A stretch of DNA of 64,000 bases from Tubulanus polymorphus (GCF_964204645.1 NC_134025.1:8804001-8868000); one strand, 5' to 3'; positions 1-14,787 are shown, numbered from the stretch's first letter. Made by a program: numbers and translations. The notes: generated from the sequence alone by a model not told the origin.

Positions 1-1430
1 CAGAAGCGCTTTGGTTACGCACCGGCCGACGTCGATCGCAGATATAATTAATATTGCCGTAACATTTCATCTGATAGTACGGCTAGAGGCGACAATCCGG
101 CAACCTAAAACCAATCTTTGAATGTTAGTAAATTTCGGTATTCTAGGTTCATCGACGAATGACGATTATATTTTTAATATTATTGCAATGTAAGCTGCTG
201 GAGACGCCGACGATATATACATATATATGTATTACCTTATATATATATTGTATAAACAAAGACCCATCGATTCGTACGTGAAACATTGATTGCTCCAAAA
301 CCCATAAAAAGCCACTTTTTGAAATTTCCTATAACCGATATTACATATAACAAAACCTGTAGCGGTAATTTACCGTGTGAAGGGTAACGTATATAGCTGC
401 TGCCATACAACGTTAAAAGCCGCAGTAACGGAATCGAACTGATGTTATTTAATACCACATTCAATGGTGAGCGTATACAAATAGCGATATTTCGACACAT
501 GATTTCGTAAAATGTCGAATTCCGGTTCCTGCGTTCGATATTTTCAGGAAGCGTGATGGTAAGATCGCATACGCTTTGAGAGCATCTTGATACGTAAAGA
601 TTAAGAAAAAGATGTCTCCTGTTTCAAATATAGACATACAACTTTTTGTGAAGTGACAATAGGATCACATGTGACGACGATGATATTATACACGATTTAA
701 AAAAAAAACGTATTAAACGTCTCAAATTAACCCATGTTTTATAGGTCTTCATCCACGTCATGTTTGATTATGCACTTCAATAACTTCTCGTTTTCTCGTT
801 TGCATATTTTTTCTACATTCTCGAAAGAGTTTATGTTTAGTCAGGAACTTTGATTTTGGATTTGACGAGTATGAAACATAATACTGACAAGTTCTCTCGG
901 TAAAGCTTACTGAAAAGCTTCGGTTTCATCCTGTCACATTTGCAACGATAACTAGGATCTTCACATCACTTGAAATGATGCAACGGATAATCCGTAAAAT
1001 GTGATATAGATGTTTCTCTTGGTATTTCGTCTATTCAACAGCTGTGTACATTCACGTGATCTAGGAAACTTCCGATAAAACCTGGTACAAAGTCGATGGT
1101 CTTCACAGCTCGTGGACCGATTGCGGTCGTGGCCGTATCGTGTTATTGACCAACGGGATCTGACGATGTGGATGTGCCGTTAAAGAATCGACAAAATAAT
1201 TATCTAACGCGCGAGTTTATCGAAGAGCTGATTTTGAAAGAAGCAGAACTATCGAGAAAACTATTCATCAAGCAGTTTAACGGCGTTGAATTAAAAATCA
1301 ACCATCAACCAAACCAGAGAGGCTTAAAAAAGATTTTCCACACATGCTTTCATAAAATATCAATGAAGTTTAGGCCTGTATGATAAGCACCAGAAACGCT
1401 GAATAGAAGACTCAGTGTTTAAAGTCAAGA

Positions 1431-1663
1431 AGTAAAAATCCACGGTTGATTTTTTGAAAGGTTTCTTGTCTGACAGTTTCGGAGTTTATCAACATCAGAG
1501 AAACCGAAATGATATGATAATGGATAACAGCAATTTTACTGTAGAATTACTATAATTCATGATTATATCATTTTGGTTTCTCTGATGATGGATGGAGTTT
1601 ACGTAGATAAACTCCGAAACTGTCAGTTAATAACGTTCTAATCATAAACTGTGGGTTTTTACT
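1431..1663. mobile_element. Fold-back/MITE-like element with nested inverted repeats
   Basis: TGACAGTTTCGGAGTTTATC (1471-1490) pairs perfectly with GATAAACTCCGAAACTGTCA (1606-1625). Inner arms are CATCAGAGAAACC/GGTTTCTCTGATG and outer arms AGTAAAAATCCACGGTT/AACTGTGGGTTTTTACT. Confidence 0.6.
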
Positions 1664-4600
1664 TGTAAATAATACTTTAACATAACACTCGTAGAATGAC
1701 AAAGCCTGATACAGAATTAAGCTTATGTTGCAGTTCATATAAATGGATTTATTTTACATGTTCTAACGTTTGGATCGGATTTGGAACACAATTTGCATCA
1801 TAACAAGAAACGTAGGTGAACGTGCCAAAGCTTCCCTAACTTTTAAGTCTCATTTTAGTTTTACCCGTTGCTCAGCTCATGGAGTTCGAAAATATCACGA
1901 CGAAAATAGCAGTAAAACTCTATTCAATACACTAAATATAATTGAATATACATAACGGTGAATGCCCACCGAGGAAGCAATGAAAAATAAATGACTACCT
2001 CCGCGGATGGCACTGTTATCAATTAATTGACTGGCAATAAGGCACAAATTAACAGATAATAACTATGGATGCTTATTGTTCGAATCAGCATTTAGCTTTT
2101 CATTTGCGATGTTGCCAGACAACCTCGATAGATCGATTAAATGCTTTTGTTTTCGTTTATAACGATGTATCTTCGCTTTCGGACAACGAAATGTGATATA
2201 TATGACGTATAACTAATAGAACTAATGATCGGAAACAAACATTTTTTTGTTTGTTATCAAACATGCGTCATTGCAGAGGCGTCCGTGATAGAAATATTCC
2301 AAGGAAGCTCGGGATCAACCTTACCTAGGCATTAATACATTCAGGAAGTAAAGGCTACGGATGCAATCGTATTAAACCCACAGTCATTAACGAATGGTAG
2401 CGGATGAAAGCTTATGGCAGGCTGGTGGCTGGAAGCCTCCTACTGATATGGCAGTTACCTGGGTGTGTCACTATCAATTAAGCTAAAACTGTTAAGTCGC
2501 CTTAATAAAAGCCAACCAACAATGCCATATTTGGTATGATACGAATTGTTCATAAGCAGTCAAGGGTTTTACAATATAGCTTCAATATGGAGAAAATACC
2601 GGTGTAACAAAGGGCACCACATCACATAATGTGCGAACGTCTCGGAGACGTATTGAAAAGAAAGACTTTGTCGAGGTTTATCCCGAGTTCATGTGATCTA
2701 TCATAAGTCGAGCGTGGGATGTAAGTAATGGTATAAAAAGCATAGGACAATGTTTTTATATTCAAGCGAATGATCATTTTTTGCGAAAATATCACTAAGG
2801 CATGACCAGTATTACGTTGTGCCAATTTAAAAGCCTGGGCCCTTTTGATTAAAATTGCTTCAGAGAAAGTTCAAAGTCTAGGTTCTAATCCTAAGTTCGG
2901 CATGTCGACAGTTGATTGATTGTCATCTTTCGAACGACGCCATTACAATGACAAAAAAGCAGAAAAATTTAACTGGCCTACATGTTCGCATAGCTGTACA
3001 CGGGAGATGTGAGAAATTCCTGATATATCAATGAGAAACAAAGATTTGAATAAGAGATCAACTTTTAAAAGTCGATAAATACTATAAATAAATAATCGAC
3101 TCTTTGGAAGCGTGCAGACGCAGTGCAGTCATCCGGATGTCACTTCGAAAATAATGAATACTTCTTTCGTGTTAGCATGTCTTGTCTACTTCAATTTATT
3201 TTCCCGAAAAAAAAATGTTTAATATCATCCCGGTCTCATCGGGATACGGGTACCCAGCATGTGTTTATATCATCTCGGAACGTTCATAAAGCAAGCATAA
3301 CTTTTTAAAATACCGATACAAATTGAAACGCTTTAGCGAGCTTAACGAAACCCCGGAAATTCCGGAATTAACGAGGGTGAACAAATTAACAGCATCGACG
3401 CCGAAGTTGGCGGAATAACCTACCAAGCGACAATAACTGCGGATATATTCACGCCAAATATTGATCGCAGATAACAAGACTCGTCGATCCCAGGGGGTCC
3501 CCTTTTAAGCTATGGTTCGTTAATGTAGAAAAATTAAAATGTCACATATGGACATCGTTTGATCCTCGCCCCCATCGAGAAATGTCAATTATTTATCCCC
3601 TAGCCACCAAGTTAGTCATTTATCATGCATTATTGTACTTTTGCCCTTCTATGTTTATTCTATATCATCCATCTATATTTCCTCTGACGACCGTTTTCAA
3701 ATAGAATTATAAATATGTATTTAGCAATATCGCCTACGAGTATCAATGTACATTACGCACTTATCTGATATTATTAAGTAATTTTGGAAGATGTAATTTC
3801 ACACGCTCTCCGTGAGATTTCATAATCAAATAGATTGGTTGGCTTTTGATTAACAAGCGCGCGCGTATTACGTATTTCGTTTAGCAACGTCTATTTTTTT
3901 CTGGTGCAGTTTCATTAATCAAGCTTGTAGTTTGCATAACGTGCGTATATCAGACCGAGAAAGAGTGATGTTTGAAAGAAGCTTGCTATAAGTATGAAAA
4001 ATGTCAAGCTAAGTGTTCCAATTTATCATAGTTGAGAAATTGCCAAGTATGAAAATGCCTACTTTCAAGTCAAAGATAGCTTTGAATATTGGAAGCTGTT
4101 GTACTAGAAGCTTTTGCCCGGTATACGCTGTATAATCAGTGGTATCACTCACTTCGTATACTTCATTTCAACGTAGCAGGAAAAAACGCGAACATTCATC
4201 GATTCACAATCAATTGAAAACTGACTGATTGAAAAATACTGAAACAACTACCAAACTTGTATTCCCTGCAACAAGGAATTATGCATTTTACGTGATCGGC
4301 GCAATGAAAATTGTAATTGTTCTGGCTCCAGCGTTCATCCGCTACTATACAGTATAAAATAATGTTTCACCACCATAAATGGGTTTTATGATGATGAAGA
4401 AATGCGGGAGACGATGAATATACAAGTAGTGTAAGCCGTTAGTTGCGTGTCTAATCATAAAACTGATAGCTTTATCAAAAAAGATTCCGGCACTTAACGG
4501 CTCTCGTTAGGGTGTGGTGATCCGTCTTCAATGAGGTAATACGATAAAAATCAGTGTATGAAATCTATTTCGAAATAAGTAATATAATAATTCTTTCGTC

Positions 4601-7447
4601 TGAGGCCGAGCTCCGTTGTAACATAGATTGGACTCGAATCAAATTCGAGTTCTATGGTTTTAATGGTAAGTTTTTCATTATTCATTTACGTTTTTTTGTG
4701 TGTAATTTTTCATTGTTGCCATGACGCTAGCAAATGGCACTAGCGATTGCAATTCAATACTATAATCTATAAAACCAGTGACTGACGAGTGGTTTTAAAC
4801 GATATTGGCAATGTTTGTTTTTCAACGCGGTCGAACATTTCAGTTACTTGACAATATCTTGTAGTCGTGAATTATTTGGATCACAGGTGCATTGGTGTGA
4901 AAAAGTTGTTGACACGTAAATCAGGCTAGTTGATTAAACGTTGAAACTGGCTCGATTACGATTGACTCGAGGGTGTGACTGAGACGATATATAACGGTTT
5001 GAAAGGGATAAAATACGTGAAGTGAACGCATAATCACATACGACATAGCGTAAAAACTGAGTTACGACATTACGTGTAGGCCGTTAAAGCTTGTCGCTGC
5101 AGACGATTTTAAGCGCGTACTGTTAATTCCTGGACGATGAATCAAAATGTGCGTCGAAACTTCGAAATCGTCCGTAAAAAAGGTCGATGACGAATGAAGC
5201 TATAAATTTGATCAGATGCAAAAATTGAAGTGTTTGTGTTTGTGTGTGTGTGTACGTTTTAGGTTAATTCAGCGTGCAATATTTTTATAGAAGGATATCT
5301 CTCGATGGACCGATGTATCATCCGTCATTAATACCCGGGTGAAAAACAATGCTTGCTACGTGTATGGCGAACGAGCTCGTTAATCTTTCTTTTAGGCAAT
5401 GTCGGCTAATACCTGGTGAATGCTGCCGCAATAAATTAAGCGATTAATTACTACTATAACGAGTGGAACCTATCCGAAGACATTGCGGATTGATGAAACA
5501 ATTATTCAATTGTAGCTCACCCACTAACAGAAAGGACCCAGTCAGTGGCTACGGTCGACGTCATGATATGTATATGAGTATATGAGAAAGATTTCAAAAC
5601 TACTACGAAATGGCGCCGATAGAATTTAGATAATAATCATACAAACAATAATGATTGTACTGTAATTCCATTACTAGTTATATATTTTCTTATGCATATA
5701 CAATAAATCATTATTGGACGGAGGGAAATAGGTTTTTGTCCCTGCGGATTTTTTCAATCTCTTCGATGGCTTACATAGATCTTTTTGACATGCTATTTTC
5801 TTGGCTTTGCGGGCGATATCCCAGTCGATTTACTTTTATATACACTGCGCTAAGAAAAATTGGATTCCTTCCGGTTGCGGGAAAACGTCATTCGATCACG
5901 AGACGTCAAACGCTAAACTTAGTTCAAATTGTTTATGATTTATTGAGTACTTTCGTTCGATGTCGTCAGCAGAAATGCGGCTCTCGCATTCGAGCTCACA
6001 ATCTCGTCGTGTTTGTGCCGCGGCAAAGTGCGGCGATGTTTTACGACAGTAAGTCTCAATAAACAAATTCATATTTACATATCGATCTGGCCCTTAAAAT
6101 ATTGGCCGTTATTGAATTATGTGGCCGACCGAGAATATCAAAGTGGAATCAAATTATACCAGAAAATGTACCGAAGTACTTTCCGTTCGCAGAAATTGTC
6201 ATCCCCGTTGAATCTATAATTTTTCAATTAATCTCTTTTTGCTAAAATGCTATCCATATCTCTTCTAAAACGTGTCCTTTTTTTGCGAAATCGTTTGTCA
6301 AAAATCCCAAACGGCTACGCAAATACGTTAATGGCTTTTCTAAAATTACAATTTCACCTACAATTAATTTTCATTGAGAACACTATTTAGAAAAAAAACC
6401 ATCGTACAAGACTGATGGATATTGAATGGTGATATTCAGTGACAATGGATTCTATTTTGAGTGCGATACCGCGTGATGTTGACTGCACCTTATAATACTG
6501 AAAAAGATGTATCTATTTTGTTAGATTCGGAGGACCCATTTTGTCAAAGAAGTTTTAGAATCTGTATATGATGTGTTTGTAGATTATGACATTTAAGCAA
6601 TTCCAATTGAAATTCGTTTGCGTAATCGCGTTTAACCTTACGGCGACATAAACAGAGTTACACCATCATTTATTGAAAAAGAAGATAGTCTACGATTGCG
6701 TTGCCTACTGGGATTACACTTAAAATCGCAACGAAAGCGCTAAGGTCCGATTACTCACGCGTGTTCAAGAAATTAGAAGTTTTTAGATAAATTCCATACC
6801 TTGGTGTCACATTGACTACAGCACGAACTATTTTGGCGATGATTTCGTTAGAGCTACCGGCTCTAAAGCTACAGGAATCTTGAGGAATGAATTTGAATCG
6901 AGTACACACATTCGATTGAAACCTGCTGGCAGTTATATTTCCCTGGTGGCCGGATGAACGGGTAACGTTAGATATTCAAATAACTTGATTTCAGCGATCT
7001 TTTCACAATGGGAAATTTCGGTTTTTCGCCGCACAATTTGTTCGGGCTGCAACTTTTGACACATAAATTGTCCAGGTAAGCAGCGAGAATGATTATAGCT
7101 AGTTTCCAGACCCACGCCCTCAAGATTCTGGCCTCTTGTCGGCTATTAACCGGCAAATTAATGTCACTGATAACGATGATACGGGTTTCTACTTAATAAA
7201 ATGACATCCCACCAGCCATCTTCGATGATCTCACATTGGACCTAATAGCGGTAGGGGCTATCTTTATTACATGTACCGTCATGTCGCGACATGGTAGAAG
7301 CAAAACAAATCTACCATAGCTTTATTTGTGTTGTGGAAAATGATATAAGTAATTAGGAAACTTTACATCAGTCTCTTTCTCATTGTAGATGACTACTTCA
7401 ATCATGATTTGAATGTTTATAATGGAATTCGTTGTCCTTGACCCTAC

Positions 7448-7586
7448 CTTCAGCCTTTCTTTTATGTGCCTCTTGTGTGATGTGATATTTCGGGTGTCGA
7501 GCTAAAAGTTTTTCCAGATCTATTTTCATACTTGCACATCCCACGATGACAACTGTCAACACAAGCAGTGGTTCCCAGGATTTCAT
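7448..7586 (-). CDS. First coding exon of a putative secreted protein (MKSWEPLLVLTVVIVGCAS-MKIDLEKLLARHPKYHITQEAHKRKAE); remaining exons not identified
   Basis: Strong acceptor ttctcgtttcag 12 nt before a good start context (cacgccATG). Hydrophobic signal-peptide-like N-terminus, dibasic KRK, and a phase-1 donor AG|GTAGGG after 7448. Confidence 0.5.
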
Positions 7587-9517
7587 GGCGTGATCGCTCT
7601 GAAACGAGAAAGCGGCCCAACGGCGTTCATAAAATTGAAAACGTGAGTTACATAAATAAATAAACGATGGCGCATGTTGATGGTAATAGTTGGTTATTGT
7701 GATCGATCGAAATTATACGACAAGCAAGATCATTTTCTAAAAACCTTCCATGCAAGCGTTTTAATTGATTAATTGATTATTGAGCCAGGGTAAATTGTTT
7801 GCCGTCTGCTGACGTTCATTGACACGTAAAGCCATCAAAGAGGCAACGGTTGAATTCACTTCCTCCTCATTATTCGCGGGTTGATTTGAAATTGGAAATC
7901 AACTATAATATAAATATTCGCTGTAACGGTGAATATCTCGTGTAATCTTACGTCTGAGTTCAGCACCGATAGTTTTCCACAATGAACGATACAAATGATA
8001 ACTATGCTAATAATGATAATGATTATGATGATTATAATGATTTTCCCATTTTATCATCATGATCAAATGATCATGATCAGACAATGTTCCGACTATAGAT
8101 GCCGAATCTGATAAACATTTTCAAGTCGGATTTGTCAGCATCGATATTTCGCACATGCGACGTTTGTGCGTTGTGAAATTATTCTTCTATAATGAAGATT
8201 AAGCCAGTGCGACCACTTGGGTAAATCTGATACCCCTTAGAATATACAATAGAATACTGTACATTATTCAAAGATTTAAAAAACCCTTATATAAGATTGA
8301 AAGGAAAATCAATGACGAAAACGGAGTATGTATACAAATTCTTTAATATTACGCTCCATTCGAAAATGTATATCATTGAAAAATAACGTAAACCAATCGA
8401 TGATATCAGTAATAACTTCCTTATTATTCGAATAACCAAAAATACTCTAACAAAAAAATATATCATACTTCAAAAATATTCCCGCTAATCTAAAGTTCTT
8501 TCATTTTGGAAGGTCAACTGATTACTCCGGATTTCTCCGGTTCGATTTGCGAGCGGTTTAACGTTAAGTAAAATGATATTTTAATGGAACGATTTCTGTG
8601 ATCATCGCTAACAAAAGAATACGATCCAGCTCTCTCCGTGGATGAAATCTTTATGACCCAAACCTGCGGATTTTTGAAATCGACTCCCGAACATAAAACG
8701 AAAAATCATTTCCATAGCGGATCGATTATCATCCTCCACACAAACAATTTTTTCGCCGGAACTTTTGCGATGTGCGTATTTCGAAACGCTGTGAAATATT
8801 CACTTTTGGCAGGTCGAACGATCTTATTTCCATATCTTTAAATTAAACAAAAGTGAAGGTAACTAATTTCGACATAGAGGGATTAATTGTTTTGCCCGAT
8901 GGTGACCTATCCATGTTTAGAAATTTAGTATATAGCTACATCGACCGGGTTCGTAGTCATTTCTCGCTGGAAATATCTGAAATAAACTTCACTACGGGAG
9001 TCGGGTCTCTCTCCATAACCAACCATGGGCAATAAAAGCACTCTCTAACACACGATATATAGTATCGGCGCGAAGCATCGTGTCGTTATTCGAATAATTC
9101 ATATATTTATATATACATCACAGTTCAGTTCGTACTTTGATAAACACCGATTATATTTGTGGCTAGGTAAAATTTTATTTACCGAATTATAGCACTACGT
9201 ATTCAATAGTGCATTTTATAATCTAATTTGCGTATGTCGGTTCAGTCTCACGACGAAGCGAAGAAATAAAATAAATATGTCGACGAGTTGGCTATTCAAT
9301 ACAACACAGATATTTCGAATACGTTAACTAATGAATTCGTTCAAAGTTTCAAAATTTAATATATTTTCAATTATTCTTTTTTTGAAATATATATATATAT
9401 ATATAGACAAAAGAATCGATAAGAAAATATTACGGGTTTTTCTCCAAATCGGCTCATACACTAAACAGCCGACGTTGAAATATCATACACTAGAGACATC
9501 GAAATCGACCCGCTTAC

Positions 9518-9810
9518 CTCTCAAGAAAAATAAGCACGCTATCCAATTAGTTTCGTCCGGCAAGTAGCAATTATTCTGCGGCGTATTTCAAGTCAATCCC
9601 GTTGAGTTTGCGAAATTATCAACGCGTCGCGCGTCGTTGCTGAGTTGTCTCTGTTCGGTTGCTAGTGTGTTTCTCTACCGGACTGGCGCACTCGCTCGTT
9701 CGCTAATGATGCGTGCTTCTCCACGCGCGCACTGGTTTCGACACCATTGGGAACTTTCCGCGTCGAATTATGATCTAATTTCTTCGCATTTTTAGGAAGC
9801 ACGTCATCTT
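9518..9810 (-). promoter_or_regulatory. Candidate promoter and non-coding first exon for the 7.5-kb secreted-protein gene
   Basis: CpG-rich island at 9570-9770, consensus donor GAG|GTAAGC at 9518/9517, Inr-like CCAGT near 9687 and a half-CRE TGACGTG near 9800. Confidence 0.4.
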
Positions 9811-10039
9811 GCAATATTTTATATTAGTGCCGAGTTTCTATGTACTTGTTGTTATTTATAATTCATTCAAAATTACGATTTTGTCGATAATTGAGTTTGC
9901 GTTTTTATACGTATATATACATATATAAGTCAAATATCGTTTGATTTTATAATACGAGCTATGTTTGCAAGGAGAAATATACTACCACAAAATGCGAGTT
10001 TCTCGAATGGGCAATACGAGATTACCAATTGTCTATATC

Positions 10040-10259
10040 TAAAGCCGGGCGTAGGTCGACCTTGCGACGCGACGCGATCGTCGCGTGGCGTCGCAAGTGG
10101 GGGCGTAAGTCGGTTGCGACGTGATTATTGGCGACTGTGTGCGACTAGCTTCTGCCAGTCGCAAGAGCGCGTAGGTCGGTTGCGACGGTCGCGTCGTGTC
10201 GCAGAAAGTAGAAAATGTGCGTCTCATTGCGACTGGTGGTAGACCTACGCCCGCCTTTA
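10040..10259. mobile_element. PIF/Harbinger-like MITE
   Basis: TIRs AGCCGGGCGTAGGTCGACC / GGTAGACCTACGCCCGCCT flanked by TAA / TTA. GC-rich interior with repeated GTAGGTCGGTTGCGAC/GTCGCA motifs; non-coding. Confidence 0.7.
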
Positions 10260-13200
10260 CACTTTGATTGCGAGTGATTGGCGTCACTGTTGTCAGTGGA
10301 TTCAGTATTACACCTGAAACCAATCATAATCCAGGGGGTTGCCTACGCCTATATTTAATCCTTTTCTTCGTGATAATGATTAATTATCGGTATGTTGTAG
10401 ATAAGTGTGCATGTTCCATGGATACCTTGCGTTATGTTATTCAGTGCGAGGGGTTTTTCAATCAATTACTGCTTTTTTTCTGGTCGCTAATCCGTGCGAC
10501 TGTCGGCAAGTAATGTTTGAAAATAGTGCGCTATATTGGTTTTTGTATTGTGTATGTATAAATAGAACTTTTCAGTTAGCTCTTTCGGCTACGTGGGAAG
10601 CGCACTATGGAGGAGACATGTCAGGTTTCCTCGGTTAAGATCACCATGGATAGACCTGGATAATTATTCCCCAGCAAGAAGTGATCAGGGGCTGATTTTC
10701 CGGAGTCTGTGAAACGCAGTTACGTATTGTTTTGACGATGGAACAACATCAGCGAAAGTGGTTGCGCCCTGATTTACATAAAACACAACGATTGTCTCGA
10801 TCGACTATTTCATGGATTCGGTTTTTATCTTTTCGGAGTTTATCTACTAGAACATGGGAAAGAGTTATTTCGAATCTGACAAAATCCCTCTAGATGTACT
10901 TGACCGGTTTAGCCATCTTCAAAATCAAAGTTTAAGGATTGACCGTATGATAACGATCAAATTTAAGTTGGATTTAGAATGTTTTATCAAAGTAATTGTT
11001 AAGGAAAATGTCTCAATTATCTCAAATCTGACGTAACGTTCGTTTTACCGATGCGTCGCCAGGAGTGAAAATACAAAATTTTTTATACTATATTTCCTTT
11101 GGGTGAATAAGCGATGCGATAAAATCCCTATGCTACTGAATTAATGAGACTTATTCTCAATTAAGACATCAACGGCAACCGTTGAAAAGTGAATGCCAAG
11201 ATTTCCTCGCGGTAATAATGTATTTCAGGTTCCCCTCGGAAGTCGATGAATCTTTCCCGGAAATTCGATCAAACGTGCTTCTTTGATGATTTGTATCCAT
11301 GCATCGAAACTTAGTGAACTTCCGATCTTTGTCCATGAATAGTGGACGATATCGAATTATGGATATAAGAATAGTTGTAAAGCGGTAAATAATCTCTTCC
11401 CAGAGATGTATTAAAGGAAATCTAGCTTACTCCCCTGAAAGAAGATTCAAAATCTTGAATTTCCTTGCAAAATTGACTTTTTCTACATCTTCAAGATTAG
11501 ATGAAACTGCTTTTCTTGGCTCGTCTTGAGATGTCATTTCTACCCGGTCGTGTGTCTGCGAATTCTATGCATGATGGTATATGTATACCCGGTAAGCCAT
11601 ATACAATGTGTTAAGTGCAAAACGACGCCGGGGTGTATTTTTCAAGCGCCGCTATCTATCTATCTATCTATCTATAGAAATATCCAGATTAATTACGGGA
11701 ATAAAAGCATCCGAGCTAACTTAGATCACTGGGAATACAACTCCATCTAAGGATTAGTAAAAGCCTTCCAGTGCAAAGATAGCGATACTGTTTCCGGTGA
11801 AGCCAATGGTCATTTTGTGTCCGTCTGAGATATTGGATCGAATTTTACACATTATCAGATTAGCCAGGCACAAGTCTCGAATGAATTTTTGAATCCGTTG
11901 ACAACGCAAATCACAAATGCAACACTACGTAACTCACTAATGATGTGCGTACGGTAAAAGCGAATGCAAGGGTCGTCTGGGAAATATGCCTGTGTAATAG
12001 TAAATAGACCTGACATCCGCGAATAATAAAATTATTTAAGGCAGTAACATTAGGCCACGACGACTGGCTCTTAGCCGTTCCCATCAGCATGAACGACACC
12101 TCGATTCAGTAAAAAACAATAGAAGAAATAAAACATCGAAGGAGATTAAATCATTTCAAGTATCCATATTTCATCGGCCAACGAAAATTTAATATCAACA
12201 TCAAAATTTGCTCCGGGTTCGGGTGATTTTTCCAACGCATTTTGCTGTTCGCCAGATCGTGTTTGATCATTATCGCCGCCACAGCGCTAAGTTTGCTCGG
12301 GTTTGCGGCGAACTTTTGTTGTTTCCGTTGCCAATGCGCATGCGTTATCATTAAAAACTGATGATAGCAGCCGGCATACTTCGGAAAATATATTCGTTGA
12401 TTTATCACATGAGTATCCCTTTCTATATGGCAATGATTTCTCCTTGTGCGAACCCCATATGGATTTGTTTGTGATGGAGAAGTAAAAGGCCGAATAACTT
12501 CTTATATTCAAACAAATGAATTTTGCAAAGATGATGAAAGGCGTTTGTTAATGCTACAGACACCTGATGAATGTATGGTAATAATGATGCACACACGCTT
12601 GCCACAGCTCCTTCGTTGAGCACATTTTTCGCCCGATGTTCGGTGGACTCTAATTCGCACTTAACCTTTTGGAGTTACGGTTTGACAAAAAAGAAACAAA
12701 TAGGATTGATTAATTTGAATCGAGGAAACATCGTGAATAATCAAGAGAAATAAGATCGAAAGAAAAATCCTCTGGGATGTGGTTTGTTGATTAAAAGTGC
12801 GCGCATTTGTAAACCCGGGATCCGGGATCCGAAACGTAACATAGCTTGATTTAACTTGAGAAACCAAATATCTTAACCAAATACCTTATTTTCTTTATAT
12901 TATTTAGATTGACCTGCCTATATTCAGGTGAACTGGTTTGCGACTACATCAATTCAATCGAACAAAGGCATACTTTTCGAGCGTTTCTAACGTGTCTAGA
13001 AAATTTTGACCAGTCGAAGATCAACGTTAAACCATTTAGACCTCATTGCCTTATCAATTACCGATGCATTCACCTCGTAATAACACGAGTATTGCTGGAC
13101 AAAACGAAAGAGCTCATCAATTATCACCGCCTGTACCGATTGACAATGCGCACCTGACCCGCTTATTACTTTATCTTGTTTCGTGGGATACGGAAATACT

Positions 13201-14552
13201 GGCACGCATTGAAAGATGCCTCTGATCCGGCTTTTGATCGAGGCACGACTTCTCGAAATATATCTACTATGAAAATCATCTTGCAGAAAATAATTCAAGT
13301 TTCATCGACACTTTTTTTCGACTAACGCGTACACGCGTACACATCATTACGTAGAAATTTGGTTAGGACGTGCTGATAAATAGAAACGTCTACTTTCAAT
13401 TCATAGACATCATTTTGATTAATTCTAAGCGAAAACGTACGCGTACTAAGGTTTATCCATGGAGAGTCCATAGATTATCCAACGGTTGTGTCGCACTCTA
13501 ATAAAATGTTAGCAACTACTGATAAATCGAAAACTAATGCGGTATAGATTTTCGAAAAAGTTAGATCTGACATGTGGTATCAACAAAAATTGTAAAGGTT
13601 TATTTTCCTGTCTATTCCTGTTTGTTCTCAAGTAGCAATAATGAACTTGGTACAGCGCAAGCCAACACGGGCAACTTCACGTAGCAGACTAACGACGACG
13701 GTTCAAATATTTAAATTGAATTAATTCTCAAATTAACATCTTGATTCAGTGAAACAAGGTTGGAATTCGGGATGAGACGTTCAAATAGTGGCTTTAATCA
13801 CGTAACTCAATCAGCTAAATTCATTTGAATTTCAATTGCCAAGAATAACCAAACTCGTTAAACATTCAAAGCATTTCGAACGGTGAGCATAGGTCACATT
13901 AGGGGAATTTATTACGTACTCAATATTTTGATGAAGGTGGAATCTCATTATCTACGCCGAATTACATTGTGACGACCCAAGTCCCGCTGAATCATCGGTA
14001 TAGATTTTATTTGCTGTTACTATGAGATCTAGAAAAAAGACAGCGGCGATGAATACTGACAGCTCTGCAATGCAATGTTTCATCCGAAACTCTATGACAC
14101 CCACATAAGTATTGTAAAAACGTTAGCGAGGACTATTAGTATGATAGCATAATAAAGGGAATAGTGCGGAAAAGGTCCGATGGGTTAAGGTTACTTTTTC
14201 CGACTTGCGCATTGTTAACATGGACATCTTGTTATCATACTAGGTGTGAAAGATCTCTTTAGTGTTACCGGAACTTTTTCTGCTGGTCCAGACAGTTATG
14301 TTGTACATTGTAAACAAGTTATTTCGTGTGTTCTGTGACACAAAATATACACGCTGATACATGAGTTGCAACGTGATATTCCTACCAAAGCGCCGTGTGT
14401 CATTGAGAAGGAAAAGTCCCACAATATATACATATTTCAAAGGTGAACTATCTACACATGTTCATAACTCAGTACGAATAATCTACAATAATTCACTCCT
14501 TTATTCGAAAACTATTAGTTTCTCGTACAAAACACGAATTAAAATAATTGAT

Positions 14553-14787
<235 letters not shown>

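Noticed and set aside
1-105. Minus-strand exon candidate (…KCYGNINYICD…, C-type-lectin-like end)
   Set aside because: The strongest acceptor gives stops in all frames; the motif is short and truncated by the window edge.
4725-4750. AATGGCACTAGC resembling the miR-96/182/263 seed
   Set aside because: Only a 6-bp local stem; no pre-miRNA-sized hairpin or full mature match.
7959-7980. TTCAGCACC, left half of a REST/NRSE site
   Set aside because: The right half (GGACAG) is absent.
9961-10327. Overlapping Arg/Thr-rich ORFs
   Set aside because: By-product of the GC-rich MITE.
13622-13641. Partial antisense match to miR-137
   Set aside because: Gapped match with no hairpin.
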